A stretch of DNA of 63,250 nt, from positions 43,323,368-43,386,617 of the forward strand of contig NC_057742.1 of the NCBI RefSeq assembly GCF_004010195.1. Direction: 5' to 3'. The DNA comes from Chiloscyllium plagiosum. Lineage: Eukaryota. The notes below the pieces were generated by a model that worked only from the letters and a program-made list of their open reading frames with translations, was not told the DNA's origin and did not search any database. The position numbers and the translations under genes are program-made. Positions 14,089 through 23,525 of the stretch are shown one piece after another (position 1 is the stretch's first letter; each line of letters opens with the position of its first letter).

Positions 14089-14165
14089 TTTCTGATCTCT
14101 CAACTGTCTCTGGAGGCATTGGATTTTCATTTTCCTCATAGCTTAGGCTGTCATTGTTTCTGCTG
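14089..14165 (-). pseudogene. 26-aa repeat exon A (77 nt): SRNNDSLSYEENENPMPPETV/EIRK
   Basis: ttcag acceptor, gtaatt donor, 1 nt short of 78. Clear homology to 7465-7542. Confidence 0.7.
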
Positions 14166-15209
14166 CTGAAATTAATTGTGATGAAACTCATTTTAAACAC
14201 GTGCTTGCATCCACAATTGGCTGTCAGCTATTAGAAATTTGTTCCAAACTCAGGGATTCAGCATTTGACTTTTTAATAAAGTCAAGCAATTAAATATGTT
14301 ATACTCCAGATATATGGCGAAAAAGATTGGTGACCTTTTTTCTTCAAAACCTTTCATAAATTTGAAGGACACTCTAGCTGCTGATAAGGAGAAACCCAAT
14401 TCTTCGAAATATAGTTAGATTCTAGAAGGCAACATACATCCTCAACTTCAATACCAAAAGACAAACAATTTTCCATTGACATCTCTTCAATGTTCTGTCC
14501 TAAAACAATTTTCCTTTTTGACATAAGTGTTCAACCACTAAGAATAGTGCAAATATTAGAGAGGCAGTAATATGATTACTACAGTGTAGTGTTAACTGCT
14601 CTACTATGGAATGACTTTATGGGGAGTTCCTGAATAACTCTACAGAAAATGCCAGCTCACCAACAATTAGATAAATGGTGCTTCAGTACACTAATGACTT
14701 TATTCCTGGTGTTCACAGCCACGGCAGCCAGTAATTTTCCGTTTTATCATTGACTTCACAATAGTCAGACATAAATCCTTTTGTTGCAACGATTTTCAAC
14801 AGAAAAACCAATCTGTTTTACAATTACGCATACTCGAGATAACCAGTTGATCTGCAATGCAAATTGTCAACAAAGTCCAGAAGCCTGCAATTTCAAGCAC
14901 AGTGCCATCAACTCAGCTATAGTCTGTCATGGTGACAATGTCCTCTGGAGTAGCACCTAAATGTGACAGTTATTTTGGCATCAGCAACAACTCAGAACTT
15001 AGTTGCACGTTTTGCTCAAAGACTCAGGTCATTTATGCAATCTTCAATTGACAGCACGTATTCACAAGTTTTCATGCTATCCTGCAATGCTCATCAACAA
15101 CAGATGAGCTGCAAAGATTATTGCTTCAGATAGCATGGTATATCTTACTTTTCAAAATGGAAATGATGGAAATGTTCTCGCCAGCATCCAAGAGGAGAAT
15201 CACTCCAGA

Positions 15210-15610
15210 GAGACACTGAATTGGTTGGGATTATTGTCCCTGGAGCGTCGGAGGATGACTTTGTCATAAGGGGCATGGATAGGAAAGGTCTTTGCCCTGA
15301 GGTAGGGGAGTGCAGAACTAGAAAGCATTAGTTTAGTGTGAGAGGGGAATGATTTAAGAAGGACTTAAGGGCAACGTTTTCATGCAGAGGGTGGTGCACG
15401 TGTGGAATGAGTTGGCAGACGAGGGGGTGGTGGCTGGTACAATTACAATATTCAAAAGGCATCTGGATGTGTCTATGAATAGGAAAGGTTTGGAGGGATA
15501 TGGATTGAATGTTTGCAAATGGGACTCAATTAGTTTAGGATATCTGTTCGGCATGGACGAGTTTGACTGAAGGCTCTGTGTCCATGCTGTCCATATCTCT
15601 GACTCTATGA
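15210..15610 (+). mobile_element. CR1 LINE 3' end
   Basis: QRVVHVWNEL...FKRHLD terminal motif. Confidence 0.75.
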
Positions 15611-18600
15611 TATCGCTACACATGGTACTAACTGGGTGAGAGGATTGTGTGATAACTTCAATGTTGATGCATGAGAGGTGAGCAAGCTAACTTATTCCCT
15701 TGGGGGTCACGTGAAAAGTGTTGACAGACATCCAGCAAAATAACATTGAAGAATCTTTCATTTGAATTGAAACCTGAACTCTCTTTCTCATCCCAGATTG
15801 TGCTAAGTCTGCTTAGTTTCTCCATTAATTGCATAGTTTTCATCTGTTCGTGAAAAATTATAAAATTGTGAGGGGAATGAATACGGTAAATAAACAAGAT
15901 CTTTTTCCTTCTGTTTTGGAAGCCATAACTTGAGGGCATAGGTTTAAAGGAAGACAGGAAAGATTTCAAAGGGGGTAAAAGGGCAACATTTTCACACAGT
16001 GAGTGGTATGTTTATGGAATGAGCTGGCTTTGGTGGTTTGTAGTTAACAATAGCCCCAGGAGTTCTGCACTTGTTTGAGAGATCTGGAAATGGATTCTTA
16101 CTCTGAGGTTACATTAGGTTGTTATATAAATGCATAACCTTTCTACTTGTCTTTCTGATGGGGTAGAGACAGCTTTTACTCTCTCTCAAACCTGTGCACC
16201 ATTTGTCTTCAATCTGCTTTGCTTTGTTACATTATTATATGGAGTTTATTCTGTTAAGTAAATAGTTTTGACAGGAGCTTTGCCAAAGTGTACATGGGTT
16301 TTAAAGACATTGGTGAGTTTCTGTGTCCCAGGAAGTAGATTCATTGCAGTTAGTAATAGAAAAAAAACCAGATAAAATATAATTTTGCTCATTGTATATT
16401 ACATCTTTAACTGGAAAGATTATATGATGTTATATGAACCTTGGAATTTAAACACCTTTTAAATGGACTCACTGCTGATTTACTTGACACACTATACTGT
16501 GATACTGAAACAACTATAATCTGGGACAATGATGAAATACAAATGGACTGGAACTGCAACTTTTCCAAAAAGAAACTAGGTAGCAGGGCGAGATTGTAGG
16601 CGAAGCTCAGAATACAGAGGCATTGCAAACCCAAACGACCATGAACACAGCTTCTTGAGATGAATTATGATGTGGTTCTGCACTATTCAGCTCTGATCTG
16701 TGATCACAACCAAAGCTGCTCTGTCACACCTATGTGATTAGGGGAAAAATAATATCTGCTGGAAAGCAACTACAAAAATCTCTTGGAATACGGTGACATA
16801 GAATCAAGTGAAAGCTGCAATACCTCTTCATTGGGCTTCTTGCTTTCTTTCAAAAGATGGCAGCTGATTTTGGCAATCAGCTATCAGCTACCACTGGATT
16901 AGATGACATCTTGAAAATGGCTCCTTTGTTTACATTTCCCTATCTCCTACATTTGCCCTACCACTTTTTTAAAAGAACAAATGTGAGTGAGATTTCTTTA
17001 GTGCTGTCCAAAGGATAGCTGTGCTCCTGCCCCTGTGCAACTTCATTCTGATATCTGCCTCTCAAAAGATCTGAATCTATGCTCACCTACTGGTGTAGAA
17101 ATTAAGCAGGGCTCATAATAGAATGACTAACTATTCAATTGTTGCAAACCAATGAGGGTAAGATTCTCAAACTGCTGTTATCACAAGGGTGCATTTGGTG
17201 CCACACTCAATATTCAATATAACACTTAATATGTCTGCTAGTCCACAATTTCTCTCTGTTACTTTAAATAATAGTGTGTTCTGTGTATGTGCCTGTGGTT
17301 TGTTTCTATTGATTTCTGTTCCTCTTAATGTTTATGATCAAAGGTAAAGTAATGTAATTCTTCTCTCTCCATAAGGACATTGTTGCTGGTTTTCCTCTGA
17401 GGTCAGTACAAAAGTCTATGAGTTCATTCAAGGCCCTATACTTTATGGTTAAGTTCCACCCCAGCCAGCTGGTAAACATGGAGATTTGAGTATTGATGAA
17501 AAAACGTAATTTTTTTGAAGTCTTAGTCCCGTACTCATCAGGACGCTCTCAAGTATTCCAATGCAAAAGGGGAAAACATTCACTCTGGATGGGTAATGTG
17601 TGCTGATTGGTATTGACATGGAGAATGGACCAGTTATGTTTGGCATTAACTGCCAAGACTTGTTGTGGCTTGTTTTGATTCGACTAAATAGGTGATGGCC
17701 ATTCTCTGATTCATTTCGCAGGGCATTACTTTGATTAGTCAGTCAACCTGCAAAATTAAAATTTAACAAAGTTTAGCTGTCAACTATCCATCACCATCTG
17801 ACCAGTCGATGTTCCATTAATAACATCTCTATCAATCCTAATGCACTTTCCAACCCATCAGAACTATTTTCTTGCGCCGTTTCCCTTTATGTCAATATTC
17901 TTGCAGCTTTCCAGATGAATTAAAGGCCCCTTTTTTTACAGTAATACCCAATTTTTTTGTTTCCAAACGAATACGGGAACCCTTTGTGAATGGAATATCC
18001 AACATACAGCTGGTATGATTAAAACGGAATCTAGTTTTAGGACTTGAGATGATTTAACCCCATGACAAGCCCATTTTGTTCTTGCAAATCCTCTTTGAAT
18101 ATTGTATCAGTCTGGCTGTTTGAAGACAAGTTTGGAAAATTTATCATTTCTGTTAACTGCTGTTTAATAAATTGCTGGAACTGTGGAAATTGCATTCTGT
18201 CCAATCATAAAACTTTGATACTTTGTGAACACAGGAAATATGCACAATGCAAATAGAAATCCCATTTAATGCTGCCTGGACAATACTGATAAACTTAAAT
18301 TTGTGTTTATCGAGAAAGAACTGAGATCTTAACTGGGTCACTGTCATCTAATATATTGAATTTAAACTTATGTCTATCTTTAAATCCTTCATGTCCTTGA
18401 TCGAAGTGCTCTCTTGGATCATCTATACACACATTCTGTTCTTTGGTTCTCTGATTGCTTTATGTCTTTCTTTTGTCCATGTTTCTGATTGAGCCCCTGA
18501 ATTGGCTGTATGTTATTGATAAACTTCCTCAGATGCCCTGTGGCACTCAATCTCTGTCTTTTAAAGATTGCTTAAAAGCCTGTTTCACGTTTCTGGTCAG

Positions 18601-19997
18601 CATTCCTAACTCTTCTGATACATGACAGCACCTTTCTCTCATTTGGCATTGAGTACAACCTTTTCCAATTAAAATGCCATGAAATATGAACATGTAATGT
18701 TTCTTTTAGCAGATTTAAGTGATTCTAATTCAACCCAATTCAGAGTACTGAATTATACATCCAGGTTAAGACTGTTTTTGTTGAACTATATCGATTTTGA
18801 CAAGTTTGCCACCCCTTCATGTTCTTAAATATTGGAAACAGACTAACACGAATGGCACTGGGTTCTATCAGCCCAGTCAGGACAGGCTGCAAGGTCATTA
18901 GGAGGATACTAGGGTGTAAGATGACAAGGGAAGGAAGGAGTTGCAGTGCCTCTCATATTTCCATCTCCATGGTGTTTTATTGATCTCAAAACAGGGAAAG
19001 GATGGCCTCTCAAGTGGCCAATGTAGAGTCTGTTCCCACCAATGCTGGCACTTTAGTAGCAGTAGGTAGGTCCTACATTTTGTGGGAGTCTACCTCCTGA
19101 ATCCTAGAGGCATGCCTGCAGACTCAGGATGCCCGTCCCAAACAAATACCATATGCCTGTAATATTAAAACTCTTGAATATGAAGTCAATGGATCTAAAC
19201 TCTCACATTGCAGTAACATTTGTTATTGTCTCAATGTAACTTAAAATGGAATTTGCTTGAACTTGCATAACTTGTTGGACAATTCTTTGATTAATGCATC
19301 TCATTAAAACTGAATGGGCCCATTTCCATGGTTAGCACTGGTGGAGTGGAACAGCTAATTTTTGCTCATTTCTATTAGTTAACAGTCCTTTCAGAGCTAC
19401 TTTTGAGCAGAGGAATGTGTTGTTTATGACCTACATCTGTGGCAATTATCATTGAAATATTCTGTAACTTACCAGATGCTCCTGATATACTCAGACAGTT
19501 CCCTGCAATGGTTTACATGTTAAAGATTTTTTTAACTTATTGACTGACCTGTTCTAATTCATTATATTCTCTTTCTGAGTGCCATGTATCACTGCCAACT
19601 CACTTTTTATTTCTCAGGCACGCAGCTTTCCTTTATTATGCATTTTCAAATGACTAACTGAGGGTCAGAGCAATTTGATAAGATGCAAGGAGAGACATTC
19701 TGAAATGTAAGCATGTTCTTCTAATCTCCGTGACATACACCCAGATTCCAAACATAATCGCTTTAGACATGCTCCAATCTAGGTTGCCTAAACTGAGTTT
19801 AGAAGTGTGATAAGAAAGTACATATTAGTTTGTAATATGAGAGAAACTTGGAGTGTCAGCAAAAATAAAGTCAATAATTTTATGGCTGATAATATTATTG
19901 AACGTCTTAGCTTTATCTGCTTGTGACTGAATGTAGAATTAAAGGGAGTTAATTTCAAATTGAATATTTAAATGTAATCAGTGCTCAGTATTCAGTT

Positions 19998-20139
19998 ATG
20001 ATTTGGAGATGCTGGTGTTGGACTGGGGTGTACAAAGTTAAAAATCACACAACCACCTGATGAAGGATCAGCACTCTGAAAGCTAGTGCTTCCAAATAAA
20101 CCTGTTTGATTATAAAACAGCGCTATTGATTTTTTAAAA
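19998..20139. mobile_element. Short Penelope-type insertion with hammerhead core and 14-bp TSD
   Basis: ctcagtattcagtt at 19984-19997 and 20140-20153. CAC-CTGATGA(20057)...GAAAGCTA-GTG. Confidence 0.75.
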
Positions 20140-20612
20140 CTCAGTATTCAGTTGCCTATATTGCATTTAGAAATGTCTAGTATGAATTATATGTTATTTT
20201 GTCATGTGACAGAGACTTGGAGTGTCCAGAAAAAAAAGGTCAGTTGTTTTATTGGCTGATAATATCTTTGAACTTTGATTTTAGTTCTATCTGCTTGTGA
20301 ATGAATGTAGGAATAAAGGGAACTAATTTCCAATTGAATTTGTTTTGTTGTTTTAAACAAAATATTTGAAACTATCATCTGAAACAGACTTCAAGCTATT
20401 CAATTTTACGTTCACAACTAAACAACACTTCCAAACAAGCTACTCAGCAAAGCAGTATCCCAAGTCATGCATGTGCCCATGTTTATGAACAACCTTGTGT
20501 AAATATATGAGCCTATTTGTTCAGGCTGTGTAAGGTGATATGAAGATCCAGTCTCAGCCTCCAGCAGGAAACCAACAGGCGAAACCTGTAAGCCAGTTCC
20601 TTCTGATGGTCA

Positions 20613-20618
20613 TATATA
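20613..20618 (+). promoter_or_regulatory. Putative TATA element of the VH promoter
   Basis: TATATA ~85 nt upstream of the leader ATG. No ATGCAAAT octamer nearby, consistent with shark VH promoters. Confidence 0.45.
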
Positions 20619-20699
20619 TTCTGGGAACTGGACTGGAACTCAACACTCCTGGTTTGTTTAGAAAGGTCTTGACCGATCCATTTTCCACAAGTTATCAGA

Positions 20700-20748
20700 A
20701 TGATTACGTTGACAATTTCTCTCAGTTTGTTACTGACTTTCTTATCAT
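20700..20748 (+). pseudogene. VH leader exon (MITLTISLSLLLTFLS)
   Basis: ATG at 20700, hydrophobic signal peptide, phase-1 donor GTGAG at 20749, acceptor AG at 20871-20872. Confidence 0.92.
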
Positions 20749-20872
20749 GTGAGTTTTTTTTTGTTCAATCTACCTTTGTTCCCCTCTCAATGTTAGTCTC
20801 CTCCAGGAATGTAAAAAACTCAGACATCATTTCATCAGCATTAATGTTTACTTTTTTGTTTTCTTTTTAAAG

Positions 20873-21185
20873 ATGCCCAGTCGGGGATTAACTTGAATCA
20901 ACCAGAGGGAAAGAGGCAGAGAGCGGCCTTTCTCAAAGGCACTCTGAAACTGACCTGTAAACCAGCGGGTTCGATCTTGGCAACTTCTACATGAGTTGGG
21001 TCAGACAGATTCCCAGACAGGACCTGGAGTGGTTGGTTAGCTACTATAGTTCATCCAGCAATAACTATGCCCCGGCGATTAAGGATCGATTTACTGTGTC
21101 CAAAGACACTTCAAACAATATTTTCACATTGGATATGAAGAGCCTGAAGATCGAAGACACCACCATCTTTTACTGTAGAAGATAT
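20873..21185 (+). pseudogene. IgM VH exon, frameshifted
   Basis: AQSGINLNQPE...TLKLTCK, then a 1-nt deletion at ~20961 gives TGA at 20992. The shifted frame continues [76 protein letters not shown]1 also has compensating indels. Confidence 0.95.
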
Positions 21186-21224
21186 CACAGCGAGAGGAAC
21201 CAAGGGAGGACCCTTTTAAAAACA
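21186..21224 (+). other. VH 23-bp-spacer recombination signal sequence
   Basis: CACAGCG (21186-21192), 23 nt, TTAAAAACA (21216-21224), immediately after the FYCRR codons. Confidence 0.85.
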
Positions 21225-21347
21225 GCTAAAGGGAACGTTTGTCAAATCCATTGTAAACTGACGGTCAGTGCAAGTTTTAAATGCAGTTATACCAACTGTG
21301 ATTGAAGCAGACCTCAGGTTGCCACTAACAAAACTATCAAATAGGAA

Positions 21348-21559
21348 GTTAAAAATCACACAACACCAGGTTATAGTCCAACAGGTTTAATTGGAAGCAC
21401 ACTAGCTTTCGGAGCGACGCTCCTTCATCAGGTGATTGCCTGATGAAGGAGCGTCGCTCCGAAAGCTAGTGTGCTTCCAATAAACCTGTTGGACTATAAC
21501 CTGGTGTTGTGTGATTTTTAACTTTGTACACCCCAGTCCAACACCGGCATCTCCGAATC
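21348..21559. mobile_element. Palindromic Penelope-type insertion in the V-D interval, 12-bp TSD
   Basis: ~85-bp near-perfect inverted arms plus a unique tail. TSD atcaaataggaa at 21336-21347 and 21560-21571. Confidence 0.85.
21400..21471. ncRNA. Minimal type-I hammerhead ribozyme motifs on both strands
   Basis: CTGATGA-A-GGAGC-GTC-GCTCC-GAAA-GCTA-GTG at 21440-21471 (+). Mirror copy on the minus strand with CAC/GTG stem I. Confidence 0.75.
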
Positions 21560-21737
21560 ATCAAATAGGAAATGTACCATCAAAACTAACAAACTAGGTA
21601 ATACAATGGGACAAAGTTTTGGGCATGTCTTATGTACTGCTGATGCTTCTATCAATTAAATGTTTGGGCATAAGTTAGTTTTTGTATATCTGACAGCTCT
21701 GTGTTATGTAAACAATGACATTAAATTTGAAATATGA

Positions 21738-22050
21738 TTAGATTGGATTCCCTAAGAAAGTATGGAAACAGTCCCTTCAGCCAAACAAGTCCACACCAAC
21801 CCTCCGAAGAATAACCCACCCAAACACATATTCCCTCACAGTAATGTGTCAAACACTATGGGAGGGACCAATTCACCTGGCCTGCATATCTTTGTACTGT
21901 GGGAGGAAGCTGAAACACCTAGAGGAAACCCGCGTAGACACAGGGAGAATGTACAAATTCTACATGGGCAGTCACCCCAGGCTGAAATTGAACCTTGGTC
22001 CCTGGCGCTGTGGGACAGCAGTGCTAACCACTGAGCCACCATGCCGCCAT
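21738..22050 (-). mobile_element. HE1-like SINE in the V-D interval
   Basis: Same SINE family, more diverged. Confidence 0.85.
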
Positions 22051-22118
22051 GCAATCAGTACTAAATATCTATTCCACATGAAAAATGAGACCCAGAGTAT
22101 AGAACAGATGATGAGTGC

Positions 22119-22194
22119 AGCTTCTGTACTGCTCGGCATCGCTGTGATACGACAATACAGGGATGGCACTACAATTATGATCAATACAAAAACA
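22119..22194 (+). other. DH segment (20-nt coding core 22147-22166) flanked by two 12-bp-spacer RSSs
   Basis: AGCTTCTGT-12nt-CGCTGTG | ATACGACAATACAGGGATGG | CACTACA-12nt-ACAAAAACA. Both spacers are exactly 12 nt. Confidence 0.85.
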
Positions 22195-22492
22195 TATTCA
22201 GCCCACATTGTTTGAAACACGTCATTGTTTACTTCTACAAACCATCTAAACTCATATTAGTTCTGTGGGGTTTTATGCAAATATCACTGTTTAATATGCA
22301 AAGTGATGATAATTATTGGTGCACCTGTTGGTGATTTTGAGAATCAGCTCATATGTTACTCTATCAAGTATGTAACGATATAATCATTTATCAAGAATGA
22401 TCAGTATCCATTAGTGCAATTATAATGTGATGAAGATTTATTGCGTCTTTATTTTGCCCGTGGCAGATTTTTAGCTTGTTTTATGCAGAGCC

Positions 22493-22577
22493 CGTTATTG
22501 TGTGGCCCAGACAGAGAATGTAACACTATGACTATTTTCCTTACTGGGTCCAGGGACCATGGTGAAGGTGACTACAG
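22493..22577 (+). pseudogene. JH segment (coding 22531-22577) with 22-bp-spacer RSS
   Basis: CGTTATTGT-22nt-CACTATG, then ACTATTTTCCTTACTGG...ACCATGGTGAAGGTGACTACAG|GTAAG (YFPYW...GTMVKVTT). 1-nt deletion in the WGQG motif. The heptamer reads CATAGTG from the J side, so the critical CAC is lost. Confidence 0.9.
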
Positions 22578-23329
22578 GTAAGAACCTTAAACTTCCTTAG
22601 TCTCTTTTTTTAAAACTTTCTATTCGTGTGAACAATTCCTGAATTTAATGAAACTCAGATTCTGCGCTGAGCTTGGTTTGGTTCTAATTGATTTTTGTTA
22701 CAACTGATTGTAAACTTAAATTAACTTCCAATAAATAGCTAAAGTGGTGATAGTGGATTCAGTTGCTTGGTGGATTGTTTTAAAATCAGATGGGCATTAT
22801 GTGTGGCTGGTTACCTGAAAAACCTTAACTGTCTTAATCATAAGGTATAAATAATACTGAATGTCAGTGACACCCACTATCTGTGAGTTTTATTATTGAA
22901 AACAAATGCTATGATTTTAAAGATGTTTGAAATATTACCAAACATAATGAAAATATGCTAAAATACCATTATTAATTTCTTGAATATATTTCTCAGTTGC
23001 ATACTGTTCTTAACATGATTGTATTTTGTTGATAAGTTTGCTAATTTTGTTGATGACAAGCGCTTTAGCGAGATTATCTTTCAAGATTACTTTTAATTAC
23101 TAATATTTATGAAGTTCTTTGTTTTTCCTGAATCGTTTCTGCATTTGGCAAACTCATGTGACAATTGTTTTTTCTGCTTGATTGAAAACATTATATCTGT
23201 TTGTAACTGTCTGAAGAGCAACTTAAGGCAGAAATATGGAAACATGAGAAATGAATAAAAACCTGACTTTTTTAGTGCATTGACTTTAAAAAAAACTCAG
23301 ATCTAATTGTAAACTAAGTAAAGTCTGTT

Positions 23330-23525
23330 TTGAATGGAGGTTTGCTCGCTGAGCTGGAAGGTTCATCTTCAGATGTTTCATCACCATACTGAAGCTGCAT
23401 CTGAAGGCTCACTGATGATGTTATCTAGTATGGCAACGAAACGTTTGCAAACTAACCTTCCACCTCAGCAAGCAAATCTACACCCAAAACCTCTACCTGA
23501 GCTACAAATCTTCTCAAAACTCACT
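23330..23525. mobile_element. Penelope-type fold-back fragment with hammerhead core in the J-C intron
   Basis: CTGATGA(23412)-TGTTAT-CTAGT-ATGGC-AAC-GAAACGTT. Partial inverted arms, related to 1-170. Confidence 0.6.

Noticed and set aside
16473-16553. 81-nt minus-strand exon candidate (also 62 nt at ~14440-14500)
   Set aside because: Splice-like ends are present, but the phase differs and there is no similarity to the 26-aa repeat. Cannot be supported without transcripts.
21677-21703. RSS-like AGTTTTTGT-11nt-CTCTGTG as a possible D1
   Set aside because: The spacer is 11 nt and no 3' heptamer/nonamer follows. The implied D1-D2 interval (~130 bp after removing the SINE) is too short. It remains the main alternative to the D-D join.
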